DNA of 64,000 nt from Eledone cirrhosa. Taxonomy: Eukaryota. Location of the stretch: assembly GCA_964016885.1 (NCBI GenBank), contig OZ024745.1:35278001-35342000 (forward strand). Direction: 5' to 3'. The stretch's first letter is position 1, and the number at the start of each line of letters is the position of its first letter. Shown here in pieces: positions 25,521-45,599 of this stretch. The notes below the pieces were generated by a model that was not told the origin of the DNA, ran no database searches, and saw only the letters and a program-made list of their open reading frames with translations. Both the position numbers and the translations under genes were made by a program.

Positions 25521-28500
25521 TTGAGAGTTGGCTGTTTGAACGCGCGTGGCCTGGGCTCAGCTTGGAAGCAAGCAAAGCTTCTAAGTGACCTCAGGTCACA
25601 AAGTATAGATGTGATGGTTGTTTGCGAGAGTCGGATCAGCAGCGTGAGACAGCTGGCGCCCGCCTTCGATGACTTTGAGATGCACGCATCTCTCTGTCAA
25701 CCCGGAGGCGGGGGGGGGGGGGAGTTGCCGTACTGCTGGATAAACGTCTGACTCTCGACGTACAGATTGTTCACTCGGACCCGGGGGGTCGATTACTGGT
25801 GCTGGACGTCGGAGGCGGTGAAGGCGGGGCTTTCAGACTGGTCGGTCTTTATGCTCCCTTCGGGGCGGAAAGAGCCGACTTCTTCCAGCGTCTGGAGACT
25901 TTTCTAGGAACGTCGCGTTCCCTGCTTTTAGTGGGGGACTGGAATGGAATCCTAGATGCGCGTTGGGACTATGCAGGGGCATGTCCCGATAGAGGGGGGT
26001 GTAGCAGCCTCAAGGGGTTACTCGATCGATTCGACCTGGTCGATAGATTTCGACTAGATTGTCCAACTGCGCCAACCTGGACCTGGGCAAACCGCAGTGG
26101 ACAATCTAGATCGTACCTAGATAGGTTTTTGGTTAGGAGTAAGGATAGGGACGTATTTAGTTGTCCAGAACTGATCATGGTTGGCTATTCAGATCACAAA
26201 TTAGTGACCTGCGTGGTCAACCTTGATAGAACGCATAGACAGGGTCCCGGTTACTGGAAGATGAACTTGTCCTTACCGACAAAGAAAGATTACAGAAACC
26301 GGATTAGTAGCTTAGTTAAGATGCGGTTGACGGGAGCGATCGTCAACAGTAGGTGGTGGGTATCTCTAAAGAGAGAGATTAGAGTAAGTTCGATAGGTTA
26401 CAGTAAGGAACTAGCGGCGAATAGAAATAGGAAGGAAAGGGAGTTAACAGATAAACTAGAAGAGGCGATTAGGAGCGGAGACGTAGCCAGAGTGTTAGCG
26501 ACGAGAACGGCGTTGAGCCAGTTCTTTGACGCGAAGCACGAAGGCTGCGTTGTCCGAAGTAAAATACGTGCTTTAGGAAACGAGGGGATCAAAGCTGTTA
26601 GCTGGGCCCGCGTGACAGAAGCCAAGAGTGGGATTAAATCCACCATTCGGTCTTTGCGAGACCAGGATGGACGGGTGATCCTTGAACCTGAGCGAATGTG
26701 CGAGACCTTTCAAAGGCACTTTGCTCGACTGTTCGGAGGTGGCGGGGGGCCGGACGGGGATGTGGACTTCGGTCCATACCTCGACGGTCTACCGCGTCTT
26801 TCGAGCGGCGAAGCGGAGTGCTGCGAAAGGCCAATCACAGCCACTGAAATCGGGGAAGCGCTCAGCCAATGCAGCAGACGCAAATCCCCTGGTCTCGATG
26901 GTCTACCATACGAACTTTATTTAGCTATGCCGGTCTTGTTCTCCGAACTCCTCGAGGCTGTCTATTGCAACTGGCAACAGAACGGGAGAATTCCCTGTTC
27001 TGTGACCAAGGGCGTGGTCACGCTAGTGAGGAAGGACGAGAGCAAGGGGGACGACTTAAGTAACTTTAGGCCCATAACTCTGCTGAATGCAGAGTTACAG
27101 ATTTTGGCCAAGGTGTTGGCGAAGAGGTTGGCGCTTGTGGTGGGTGGTTTGGTGGGAGACGCGCAGACATGCGCTATCCCGTCCAGGTCCATTCACGACA
27201 ACCTCCACCTCATGCGATACATCATAGAGAGGGTTGGCTACGAACCCGGCTTTGGTGGGGCCCTGATCAACTTGGATCATTCTAAGGTGTTCGATAGGGT
27301 CGACCATGGTTACCTGGATGCGGTGCTAGCGGCGGCGGGCTTCGGACCCGTTTTCAGGGGCTGGATTTCTGCCATGCACAGTGGCAACATCTACTCTAGG
27401 ATTAAAGTAAACGGCTACCTCTCGGAGCCGTTTCAAATCACCCGATCCATCAGACAGGGGTGCCCCCTCTCCTCCCTTCTGTACGTATTGACTCTCGAGC
27501 CACTGCTGCGGAAGTTGGAGTTGCTGCGGGGCATACCCCTGGAACTGGGATTGCACAAAGCGGTCTCGGCCTATGCCGACGACGTAACAGTAATGGTGGC
27601 GGACGCCTCGGAAATCGGGGCGATCGCCACCCTACTGGAGGAATACGAAAGGCTGACGGGGGCTAAGCTGAACTAGGACAAGTCAGTCGGTTTGCAACTC
27701 GGAACGTGGGGGGGGGGGGGGGGCAAACCCATGCCGTTAGACGGTGTCGTCGGGCGGTGGACGGAGGGCCCGGTGAAGCTGCTCGGGGTCTGGTTCGGAC
27801 CGGACCTCCAGGTGGAGAAGAATTGGGGCGAGGTGACGAGCAGGGTGTTTGCGCTGACCCAGAAGTGGGCCAAGTGCAAACTATCACTGAAAGGTCGGGC
27901 GGAGGTGACGAACGCTTACATAGCGTCCGTCATCTACTACCGCCTGACCGTCGTGCCTTGCCCCATAAAAGCTCACCATCATGGAACGCATGCTCTTCCA
28001 GTTCCTCTGGAAGAAGCGGCCTCCCATGGTGAGGAGATCCATCTGCTGCCAGCACCCTTCGAAAGGAGGGCTGGGTATGCCGTGGCTGTTGATGCGTAGG
28101 CACGCATTGAGGCTACGGCATCTACAGGTATTCCTCAACGGTCAGCCGGTGTGGGCCCCGTTTGTGAGGCGAGCCTTCCCACAGCTCGTCTCGCTCACCG
28201 AACTGCAATCCTGGGTGAAGCAAAGACCGAGAAAACTGGGCAACTGGCACACCGAGTGTGCCCAGGCGCTCACGGCTATCTGGCAAGCGGACCCGACTGT
28301 CAGTGGAGAATCCACCTCGACATTCTATAGAGGGTTGGTGGTTAGCAGGGGCGACGACACCCTTGGAGAGTCGCTAGGCATGGAGGAGGACGAACTGGCC
28401 AGCCTGTTCGGTAGAACTTTCGGCCCGGGACCCATGGACAACTTCCAGAGGTCCCTAGCCTGGCAGTGTTACCGGGGGGCTCTGCCCGTTCGAGAAAAGC

Positions 28501-28961
28501 TCTACAGACACGGGCGCCCGGGCAGGGATCCCGTGAAAAAGATCTGTCCCAGATGCGTGCGCGACGAGGAAACCGTTGCGCATGCACTGGTACACTGCCC
28601 GGGCGTTGCCGATCTGTGGGGCTACGTCGAACGACTGCTGTCGCGTGTGGCGCCAATTCGATTAACCGCCGAGTCTGTGGTGAACATCAAGCCGCCTCCT
28701 CCCTTCAGAAATGAAGCAGAGGCGGTCTTTCTGTGCGTAATAGCCATGATGAAAGAGGTTGTGTGGTGGACGCGCCTGAAAGGTCTGAGGTCGGGTGACT
28801 TTCTCTCCGGCCATCACCTGGTTTACTTCTTCCGATACCACTTCGGAAGAAGGATCAGGATGGAGAGAGAAGTGCTTTGTCCCAGACAGTTTTATGAAAG
28901 GTGGGTGAAAGAAGCGAGAATGGCCCGTGTAAATGGGCCTTCTCTCTACATTGTTCTGTAG
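25521..28961 (+). pseudogene. LINE ORF2: APE endonuclease, RT and C-terminal zinc finger; frameshifts near 25715 and 27970, TAG at 27674
   Basis: LNARGL, GDWN, YLDRFL, SDH, PGLDG, FRPITLLN, QGCPLS, YADD, CPRC...ETVAHALVHC. Confidence 0.92.
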
Positions 28962-29190
28962 GTGAAGAAGTGAAGAGGAAAGGGGGAGCGCCTCCTCTCT
29001 GGGCTTCCCCCGCGAAAAGAGTTGCACACTTTTCGGGGGTATGTGCAATCCCCAACACGCCCCCTCCCTTTTGAGGACTTTTTATTGTTATATTATTATT
29101 GTTATTCCTTTTTTCTTTACTCGATTTATGTAAACTCCCCCACTGTGTAAATGTCCCCTCCTTTTGTGCCCTCGTGGCAAATAAATAGAA

Positions 29191-29266
<76 letters not shown>

Positions 29267-31182
29267 GTTTATCTATCTATCTATTTAGTTTACGAACCTT
29301 CCTTCCTAAGATTAATAATGATTTCATGGCCACGGTGTTTTTATCAAAGAAATAAAATCCCTATTTAATTTCCGGAACGAAAACACTTTAGCATCGGAGT
29401 AAAAATATCTGGCGTACAACAAACAAAGGTTTAGAGACAACTGCATCCCTAATGATATTTCTTTCGGTCTCAGGTTTGTCATTTCTACTGCTTTTGTCAG
29501 TTTATTATTCATACGTATCTTTCGCATGAACGGAAATAATATCAATCTAAAACAAAAACAAACAAACAAAACAAATGTAAACATGGTTACAGAAAAATGT
29601 CATTTTTGACCAGATAAAACCCCAACCAAATAAAGGTTTAAACCAGTATATAAATATTTTCTTGTATTCTTCTAGATATAAATTTCTACAGACTAACATT
29701 AATTGCCTATTTTATAGTATTTAAATGAAATGTAATATTTTATAATGTGACCCTTTTCCTTGATTCATTCATGCCCTGATAAAGCAGGTATATGATATGG
29801 TATATGTCTAAGTCATAAATCAGAAATAAATACAGAAATAAATAAATTGTAAGACTACATTTTCAAAATTTATATATATATATATATATATATATTACAA
29901 TTTATTTATTTCTGTATTTATTTCTGTATTTATTTCTGATTTATGACTTAGACAGAGAAAGGGATTAGCCTTCAAAACTATTGTGAGAAAGAGACGGTGT
30001 TATCCTCGACAGGAGACTTGGCTTTAAAGATTGAACCAGAATAGACTCTACTAAAAGCATCGAAGGTGGTTTGTTTGTTATATTTATCAAGTTACGCAAC
30101 AATGCAGAAGCCTTCCTCATGGGCATTGGCTTTTACTTTTGCGGATTTTGTTAAAATAGGTACCATGTAATGAATAGTTCCAATTTGATGATATCCCTCC
30201 TCAACACATTAAGCCCTGTAGGGATGGGCGAAATCATTTATAACCGGTCTCATTATTCATTGCTCTGAAACTAATTCCATTGGACGTTGACAGATGGCAT
30301 CACCATTCCTCAGTGTTTTCAATCTGCAGTCTTATCAACAAGAAAGTAGACAGTTTCTAGCTAATTAGGATTTTTCTCAATTATTAAAGAGCTCGTCGGC
30401 ATATATCAATGATAAAAGAGACAACTAGAGTCTCTTAACAGCCTAAGTATCGTTCATCAACATTACTTTCACTCATTAATCCTCATCACCTATCTCCTAT
30501 CTTACCTGGCATCTGCCTGTAACCAATTTTAGCGAATGGCACGAAATAAACTGTTCAGTTTTAAAAGCGGAAATAAATACGCCTACCTTGACAAATTTCT
30601 CACCGTAACTATGGTGCATATTGCTCACATAATGGTTAGTCAGACTTACTTTCTTCAGTTGCATCTTGCTTATCTAATGCTTAATAATTAGAATGTAGTG
30701 TTTCTTATTAACAAAAAGTCACGTACCAGGTATATGTAACGTTCTTTTTTTTAAGAAAAAGAGATATAACAATTTTGACATCAAATCCTGCAAGTGTTTT
30801 AGAATAATTTACACAAATCATTTCTTCGGAAACAAAACTTACTAATTTTCTATTTCATTTTCGTGTGCCAACGCAATGTCTTCTCATAGCCTTAAGTATA
30901 TACTTTCACAAGTATAAATATTTAACATCACAGAATGAAATGAGATTTGTAACTTTTAAATATTTAAGCTTCGTTATTTATTATATAATCATTTTCTTTG
31001 TAGAACATTAAGTTGACAATAAACCTCTTTGCACTTCGTTAGCTCAAAGGAGTGAGTATATTTGTAAAGTTTTGAGTTTCTATATTTTTGTGTATATATA
31101 TATATATATATGAAGTTTATATCTATTTAGAATAAAAGGACACACACAACACACACAGACACACACAACACACACAGACACA

Positions 31183-31280
<98 letters not shown>

Positions 31281-31293
31281 TATATAAATATAT

Positions 31294-31374
<81 letters not shown>

Positions 31375-31437
31375 TATATAAATATATATATATATATATA
31401 AATATATATATATATAAATATATATATATATAAATAA

Positions 31438-31549
<112 letters not shown>

Positions 31550-32039
31550 GTACGATACATTGTAAATTAATATTCTTATGAATTCGACATTAATAAGTAA
31601 ATATATCACTAATCGAACATATATATAACAGGAATGATAAATAGTAACAATATATGTATTGACCTCGCAAGCTACCCAATTTCATTCGTTCAATATATTT
31701 CTATTAGAAATATATTGCTAGGACATTATGAACAAAGGGCAAAAAGAAAGCCATCAAATAATACATAAATATAAATAAAAATAAATGAAAAATAAAATGA
31801 AAAATGGAATAAAAGTATTTCTATATTTGCTGAATCCATCTCAATGATATATTTTATTCTGTATAACTAAAGTGTCACTCAAGTTCGATAAATAATATTA
31901 TAATCATCTAAAACGATTAGAGTATCATAATAGTATTATTATTTTTAAAAAGAAAATATGAATAAAATCTTAAAAATAATATATTGCAATAAGCAATAAA
32001 AACATTGAATCAAAAACTCAACAATACAAAGCATATATT

Positions 32040-32129
<90 letters not shown>

Positions 32130-33026
32130 GTGTGTATAAGAAAATATATTTTCAGATTTGCTGCTTAGTTGTTAATAGTTTGGGCAGAGTCATATGATTT
32201 GTATTGAGAAGATATTGTTCAAGACACTAGCTATTATTTTGCTTAAGCTAATGTATTTCCTACTCTCTTCAAAAGAAGAGTTCTCTGAAAATTAATTCAT
32301 TAAGCTTGTGTGTGGCACGATATGTCATAATCTTTTTAAACTATATACTTATTCAAAAGAGACAGACACAGCAGTACAGCGACCACAACCTCTACCGTCC
32401 CGTCCCACGAGTAATAGTTATATTAATTGTTCTTTAGTGCCATATATGGAAACAAAAATGTATCAAAAACAAAGACAACATTTCTACATAGAAATGACAC
32501 TTATTGCCAACACGTCGTGTCATTTCCAAGCGAGGATCTATATTTCAATAGTTTTTCTTTTGTCTTTCATATTTTTCTCCTCGGTGGAGTGAAGGAAAAT
32601 ATATGAATATACATGTGGGGGTATAAAGTGTTGATGGTTGGGGAGTTGGGGATGGAATGAAATAAAAGAGAAAGAGAGACAATTAGGTGTCAAGATTAGC
32701 TTTGTGTAATTTCCCAGCAAGATTCTATATCTTACTATTTTACTTCTAAAACTGTTTTTTTCTTCTAGCGAAGTAAAGAATATCTGATGAATATAAAGGA
32801 GGGGCGTTACCAGTAGTTGATGGTTGGGAAGTGGAGAGAGAAAATAAAAAATAAAAAGGGAAGGGAGACAATTAAAAGGTGTCAACATTAGCAAGGAAAT
32901 TACTATACGGTGAACAGGATCTGTTGCTTCATTATCTTTTATATCAGCTGCCATAAGCTTTCAGCATGACATATGCGAGGAAAGGGCATGCATACTACAG
33001 AAATAAAAATGTTCAATCTATAACTG

Positions 33027-33152
<126 letters not shown>

Positions 33153-33154
33153 TG

Positions 33155-33286
<132 letters not shown>

Positions 33287-33348
33287 CAGGTGTGCTTTTC
33301 GAACCATCTTTTTATTATCTTTTATATATATATATATATGTGTATATA

Positions 33349-33491
<143 letters not shown>

Positions 33492-34313
33492 CGGTTGGGC
33501 ATTGAAATTGGCAGAGTGTCGGATAAAATATCTTGTGATAATGGCTATATATTCCTTGCAGACGTTGACTTAACCTATTGTCGTGTTGCACGTAAACCTT
33601 TGTCAATCTGTGCACCCAATTGCTGACACGATGGGTATACAAGGGATACAGACAATACTTCTCACTCACCATAAACATATACTGAATATGGTAACTCGCC
33701 GTGCTGTATATAAAATAAGTTAAGCGAAATTTTGTGTAATAAGACGAATTTCTTTAAAAAGTGTAGTATTATTGGCCTAAAAAAATAAAATACCGTTAAA
33801 AGTGCAAATATTGATGAAAAGTTATACGAAATTCCCCTAAGGTATTTAACAAAACTTCGACTTTCAATTTTACTGACAATTGATTTCATCTATTGCATCT
33901 GCTTTGAATTTTTTGTGGACGATTTCCCCGAGGAATCGGCTGCTCATATGATAGATATCTTCATAATATTTCTACGATTTTTTTTTTCAAATCATCAATA
34001 AATTTCAAACTCTATCAAAAACATGTACATATACATCTAAAAACAAAACAAGCCCCCCCCCCCAAAAAAAAAAATAACGAACAATCCCATAGTTTTCTGA
34101 GAATTACGGTTGGTATAAAAGAATAGGATTGGAATTGAATACAGAATTTGTTAGTAATAAATAGTTTAGTGCAAAAGACTTGTCTCGGTTACACCTCTGT
34201 TTCTACTCATTATCTCTGATATCATAGGGAAGATGTAGGGTCACCGTCCTGAGTAAGGATTTAAACTTCCCGGTAACCGTTCTTCTCGAGGTTTGAGCAG
34301 AACCAATTTCTTC

Positions 34314-34423
<110 letters not shown>

Positions 34424-34729
34424 TCGAAGAGAGAGACAGAGACAGAAAGAGGATGAGAGAAACAGAGTGAGAAAGAGAAGAATACAGCGAGCAAGAATTT
34501 AAGAAATACTGTATAGTTGGAAGTAGAAGTTGTATTTGAACTCAGTGCACAGGGTTTCGTGGAGGAGGTCGCAAATCATTCAATTTCGAATATCTGAAAA
34601 CATTGCCAGTTCAACTTTCTAATAAGAAGATGATAAAGAATTGCAAAGGCATGTCTTAATTCCATTTTTAGCAGTATATTTTATAGTATATTTCATAGTA
34701 TATACGTGCCCTATAACCATATCCATTAC

Positions 34730-34765
34730 GAGCTGAGGATCCGCTAAGGTGAAACAATTGTTCTC
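34730..34765 (+). ncRNA. Minimal hammerhead (family also at 36491-36528; 5'-truncated at 45938-45968)
   Basis: gag-CTGAGGA-tCC(gctaa)GGt-GAAA-CAATTG-TT-ctc. Confidence 0.75.
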
Positions 34766-34794
34766 AATATAGTGAACTATCTGTTGTGCAAGCA

Positions 34795-34842
<48 letters not shown>

Positions 34843-34845
<3 letters not shown>

Positions 34846-35087
34846 AAGATGGCGTAGGACAGAACAAAGAGAGGCACAAAAACAAAGAAAAGAATCCCCA
34901 GTCACTGAAGAGGTCACAGAATGTGTGACGAAAGAACTTTGACAATATACGAACAATCGTCTGGTTGTGGAACCAACCAACCGGAAATTTATAAATTCTT
35001 AAATTTATAAATTTAATTTATAATAAATTGAAGTGAAAGCAACTGGTGCGTGTGTTTCTTATTGGCAACATGACCCTCCCAAAGCAT

Positions 35088-35092
<5 letters not shown>
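34843..35092 (+). mobile_element. Solo pLTR of PLE D family with hammerhead at 34901-34943
   Basis: gtca-CTGAAGA-g-GTCACA..TGTGAC-GAAA-GAAC-TT-tgac; homologous to 58033-58262. Confidence 0.75.
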
Positions 35093-35134
<42 letters not shown>

Positions 35135-35216
35135 AAGGAAAAGCGAAGTAGTTTCAGATGTTCAATTCCTTTATTATTAAAGGACTTGAACATCTGAAAC
35201 TACTTCGCTTTTCCTT
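35135..35216. repeat. Near-perfect ~40-bp-arm hairpin between (TA)n tracts
   Basis: aaggaaaagcgaagtagtttcagatgttcaa / ttgaacatctgaaactacttcgcttttcctt. Confidence 0.9.
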
Positions 35217-35289
35217 TACTCCGTCACTCCTATGTGGAAAAGTACGTTGAGTGCTTGAATTGAATTGCATCAATGTTTACCCTAATATA

Positions 35290-35389
<100 letters not shown>

Positions 35390-35477
35390 ATATACGTATG
35401 TATTCCTATCTGTATGTAGGCTTGTGAATGTTGAAAGATTCATGCACGCACATATACATACATATATGTGTATGTAG

Positions 35478-35544
<67 letters not shown>

Positions 35545-35547
<3 letters not shown>

Positions 35548-35718
35548 AAAATGTTCAAGACCCCGACGGCAAAGCTCAAGCCATTTCGACGGCTATTTCT
35601 GGAGCAGAAAAAAAGCCGTCGGGGTCTTGAACATTTTCCTATTACCCACTCTACTGCCCAAAGTATTGAGTTCTCTGATGCGTTATGGTCCACCTGGTTC
35701 CTTACCACACTTCCTACG

Positions 35719-35720
<2 letters not shown>
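35545..35720 (+). mobile_element. Fold-back mini-element; family also at 60771-60893 and 61433-61630
   Basis: Shared attacccactctact...ccacctggttccttaccaca 3' end; inverted arms. Confidence 0.75.
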
Positions 35721-35759
<39 letters not shown>

Positions 35760-35892
35760 GATAAATCTACCAAGAGTTTACGGTAGTGTCCAATCCGTAT
35801 GAAGAACTCAATGTAATCCGGATATCATGGAAAGAAGAGATGCAATGAAAAATCACTTTCGGTGAAAGATAAACGGAATACAGAGTCAAGAT

Positions 35893-36309
35893 AAAATATT
35901 AAAAAAATAATGAATAAAACAATGAAACAGTTCCTTATATTAAACAAAAAAAGTTCATTATTTAACGATCGTTTCTGGGATATATATGTGTTAGAATTGG
36001 CATGTATATTTAAGAGATCTATGTACAAAATTATACAAAATTATACAAACTATCAAAATTAAATATACATACCAACTCATATATATGCCGTCTTCATTAT
36101 TTCTGAAGACGGCATATATATGAGTTGGTATGTATATTTAATTTTGATAGTTTGTATAATTTTGTATAATTTTGTACATAGATCTGTTAAATATACATGC
36201 CAATTCTAACACATATATATCCCAGAAACGATCGTTAAATAATGAACTTTTTTTGTTTAATATAAGGAACTGTTTCATTGTTTTATTCATTATTTTTTTA
36301 ATTTTTTTA

Positions 36310-36317
<8 letters not shown>
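35893..36317. repeat. ~200-bp-arm palindrome centred on the 5' end of a hammerhead
   Basis: Centre gtcttca-ttatttc-tgaagac at 36090-36110. Confidence 0.9.
36097..36242 (+). ncRNA. Hammerhead with 115-nt stem II domain
   Basis: ttattt-CTGAAGA-long rod-GAAA-CGATCG-TT-aaataa. Confidence 0.75.
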
Positions 36318-36350
<33 letters not shown>

Positions 36351-36602
36351 GTGGAACACTGGAAGGTAATATCTGTAGTGGTAGAGCACTCAGTCCATGG
36401 GACAAGTTAGGTAGAAGTGGTTACGCAACAGTTAGTTCACCATACCTCAGCTCGTAATGGACATGGTTATACGTATAACCATGTCCATTACGAGCTGAGG
36501 ATCCGGTAAGGTGAAACAAATGTTCTCGGTATGGTGAACTAACTGTTGTGTAACCACTTCTATATATATATAATGTGCGTGTGTGTATTTTCATACACAC
36601 AA

Positions 36603-36637
<35 letters not shown>

Positions 36638-36887
36638 CGTAAATACTCATATATGTATGCATATGTGCGTGCATGAATCCTACATACAAGCCTACATACA
36701 GACAGACAGGAATACATACATATATACATGCACACGATAGGAGACTGTTTATATAATTCTAGCAAAATAACTTCCTAGCCAACAATTCTAAATATAGATA
36801 TTACAAGCTTTGTTATTTACACTTAAAATATACTTAAGATATTTTAGCTTCTTTTTTATCTTTGTATTCAGGTTATATTTATATACG

Positions 36888-41581
<4,694 letters not shown>

Positions 41582-41740
41582 CTCTCTATCTCAATATATA
41601 TATATATCCACACAGTATCAACTTTAATGTACCGAAACAGTAGTGATTTCCAGAGGGGGACAGAGGAGATGCGACTGTCCATCTTTCCGCTGTTTTTTAT
41701 TTGTCTTTGTACTATTGTGAATATACGTATGTTGACTGTC

Positions 41741-42455
41741 AAAGGGCAAAGGAGCTCTAAAGAGTCAATGGCCATCCAAAATCACCGGGAGAGATGACCC
41801 CTTAGCCTTTGTCATGGCAGAATTCTAGGAGAAGGAAAACCCTGATATAACACCTGCAACCCTGATGGTATCCAATGATGTTGACTTGTTCTTCTTTTTG
41901 GTAAATATCATCTTGGTTAAGAGAGTGGGACTGGTTTTGTGCAGTGCCTTTGCTCACTATAAAAGCTTCACGGCACAGGCATTGCTTTATATCTGGAGAT
42001 CTCTCTGCACTTGTCATCACATGGTACCATGGGCCCAGCACTATGTTGTCACAAGTGTAGTTTTGTACCAGAGTTTTCAAGTCGCTGGCTGGACTAAAAA
42101 GTCACACTTGTTCAGCGCATCGGTAGGGTTCTCCTACATGGATATAAAGTAGTGGCCGTACTCGAAAACGAGTTGGCAGCCACCATATATATATATATAT
42201 ATTTTTTTGTCCTGCAGGATGTCCAAAATCACCCTCCTCGCCAAGTAAACTTAGTGGGATTGCCGGTTTAGTCGCCGACGACCCGACCATGCAATAGGTT
42301 GTACTGGGTTACATGTGTAAGTATATGCACGGGGGCATAGAAAAATTCGGGCTGGATACCCGATCGAGCGGTTAAACCACTGGGAGTGAAGGGCCCCTTG
42401 CCTTTGCCAGGGCATTCTTCTAGGAGAAGGCAACTCAGGAAATTAGGATAACTCC
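41741..42455. mobile_element. Rearranged cluster of the (TGTA)n-tailed RTE-like family
   Basis: 41741-42185 (+), 42205-42316 (-, 5' module), 42330-42455 (+). Confidence 0.7.
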
Positions 42456-42858
42456 GAAGTATCGTTTGACGTTATCGAAGGAGAGGCTAACAGTAATCTA
42501 ATCTGTACCATGGAGAATTTTATCGTGCGGCGTTGGTTGACAATTTGCCTGATATAAGCAGTATATCCTTTCTCTCTGGCTGATAGCTTTTACTTCGGAA
42601 AATATAATGTTATAAACTTGCTGGATAGATTCCACAAGAATATATAAATGATTCTCATACGACCTGTTCTGGATTAAACACAATTGCGTTTATAATCTAA
42701 CAACTTTAAAACCAAATTTCACAATAACATTGTAGATCGCGATTTTAAGACACAACCGATTACCTACTAGGCAATAAATCATATGTTAATGCTTGGAATA
42801 AAACCCTATTGTATAGACTATCCGTGTTAATCTTCATTCATTCGTTATTATATATATA

Positions 42859-42911
<53 letters not shown>

Positions 42912-43293
42912 AAAAAAAAACAGTAGAAAATGCTAAAGGGATTTTCTCTCAGATTAACATCAAGACATTTATTTACAAAATAGGAATTTACGCATTAATT
43001 GTACTGGTTTCAGTTTATACGCTTTTTCATAGGACGGAAGTGTATAATGCAATTAAATTGCATATTAATAAGAATAATAAGAATGTGCGGGAAAAATTGT
43101 TTTTACATACATATTTTGGGAGAAAAGCTCACATTTTTGTCCGTAGTTTTCTTTTTTTCTCTCTTCGTGCCTTACCAACCGTGGTAGTAGCAGGGAAGAA
43201 TCAATTCTTCATTCTTCTTAAGCAGTTGGCTTCGACTGAAGTCGACTATTGGCTATTACTTTAGATATAACAATTCGCGTGTCACTTCTCTAC

Positions 43294-43383
<90 letters not shown>

Positions 43384-43504
43384 GTAGGAATCCCAAACAA
43401 CACACAAAACAAAAACAACACACAAAAGAAAAAAGAAACAACTGTCACCACTGCTATAAATTATAACTAAATCGGTTAACCTATTGACGGAAAAAATCAT
43501 TGCC

Positions 43505-43578
43505 AGTAGCCGTTACGGAAAATCGAACTCCATATCTCTCAAACTTCGGTCGAGTGCTCTACCCATTGAGCTAAATGA
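43505..43578 (-). mobile_element. tRNA-derived SINE head or tRNA pseudogene
   Basis: Minus strand tagctcaatgggtagagca ... gagttcgatt (A and B boxes); acceptor stem does not pair well. Confidence 0.55.
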
Positions 43579-44744
43579 GTTGTGACAACAGATTCCGTAA
43601 CTCTACCGAACACCATTGTATGTAAACAACTTTCTATATAAACTATCGGAGCTTTGATTAGTTTTGAAATATCTAAAATATGTAGGAATTCCAAAAGAAG
43701 AAAATAACTATAACCTCAATCGATTGCTACAAATTACGCTGAAACAATTATACTATTAATGAGTGTAGCATGGATTCAGTGGCGATAATTCAGAAAACAG
43801 CCTAATGTTCATGTCACCATAACAAAACATTAGATTCTAATGTACCTGCCTAATATATTTAAACGTCCACTTATAATTAAGAAACAAAACCAAGAGTGAG
43901 ACAAGAAAAGACGGAAGAAATAAAAATAAGAAAAAGGTGAAAAGAGGGAACTATAAGGCAGTCCTATGTTTTTGTTGCCACCATGTACTGGAAAATTTTA
44001 TTTATGGTCTGTATTTTAAAGACCATCTCCAGTATATCCTTCCTCTCTGGCTGATAGCTTTTACTTCGGAAAATATGTTGTTATAAAGTTTCTGTATAGA
44101 TTCCCAAGAATATATAAATGATTCTCATACGACCTCCTCTTGATTAAACAAAATTGCATTTATAATCGCCAACTCTAACCATTTCAGTCGAATAATGCTA
44201 ATAAGGGAAACTGCGTAGTATGAATGTCTGAATGTGCAGCCAAATTTCCATAAACCAGCATCCTACTAAATTCTGAAATATTAGAGGCTGACTAATGTAC
44301 AGAGATCTCTGAACGAAAGAAAAAGACAGTTAAGTCATGAGAGAAACACATTTGATGTTAGCATGTTTGAAAAGAAATACATTTCTCCCATACATACGTG
44401 CATGCATACACACATATTATGCATATATTTATACATAAATTCAGAAAAATATGTATATTTAATGAAATATAAATAAATACAAACACATATACATACATGT
44501 CACAAAAATCAAGCTCACATCTTATAACAACATTAGGTGACAATTATTTCATCTCAATTCTTTCCGCTCTTTTTAGCATCACCTCAAAATATAAAAACAG
44601 AAACAGATCCCATGAAATTAACAATATATATCAATATTTTATAAAGAAATTACCTCCCTCGGATAAGAACTGTTCTTAGCACTCTGTGTATGTATGCGTG
44701 TATACATATTGTATGTATATATCAGCTGCTATGTTTAGCTTAAC

Positions 44745-44985
44745 AGCATCACCTGGCCAAGTCTTTCAAATCATGATTTGGTCACCATGGCCCACTGAAG
44801 CAGAGAGTTATTGTTTACAGAAACATATCTGGGTGTAGGAGGTTTGTCTGGGATCTCGCGGATGGATTTGTCCAACGATGTTTTGAATTTTATTGGATTT
44901 TTTCTATTTTATGTGCTTTGGTGTAAATTAAAAAAAAAGTGGAACCAGTTGAAGTGAAATAATTGTGATGTAATGTTATTATTAG
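44745..44985 (-). mobile_element. CR1-like LINE 3' fragment
   Basis: Similar to 47700-47900 (ggcccact..gcagagagttatt, gtgaaataattgtg). Confidence 0.55.
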
Positions 44986-45164
44986 ATGCTTACGAGGTCG
45001 ATACAATAAAGTACCAGTAATGTACTGGGGTCGATATAATCGACTTTCCTCTCCCTTGCAAATAACTGGCCTTGTACCTAAAGTAGAAACAATTATTAGA
45101 TGCGAATTTGGCACACACACACACGCACACCCGCGCGCACACACGCACACACACACACACACGT

Positions 45165-45213
<49 letters not shown>

Positions 45214-45599
45214 AGTGTGTGTGTATGTGTGTATGTGTGTGTGGTGGGTGTGTGTATAAGTATTTATGTATCTATATATATGCACGTATAAAAATAAAAT
45301 CTAATTTTATTTTTAATATTCGTCAAGGCCAGCCGTAACTCGCTCGGTATGGAAATAAGGCTACTCAGCCGATATGTACTAAAGAAAATACTATATATTT
45401 TCAACAGTTCAACAGAGGTATACAATTCTGAGCAAGAGTAATGACCCCAAAACATGTTTATTGTTCCTCAAACCCATTGTTAAGCAAACAGGTGACGATG
45501 TCAGTCACCGGCACATTTCCAAATCGAATATTATTATTAATGTTCGATATAACCTATACGTACATATGTATATGTACGTGTGCATACCTACATTTATAC

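Larger units (their letters stand above)
23486..29190 (+). mobile_element. Near full-length Tx1/L1-clade LINE inserted in (ATCT)n
   Basis: ORF1 plus ORF2, aataaa at the 3' end, (ATCT)n on both flanks. Confidence 0.9.

Noticed and set aside
23623-29058. Antisense ORFs over the LINE and PLE coding regions
   Set aside because: They are shadows of the sense reading frames and carry no independent motifs.
43505-43578. Functional tRNA gene
   Set aside because: It has A and B boxes only, with poor acceptor pairing, so it is treated as SINE-like.
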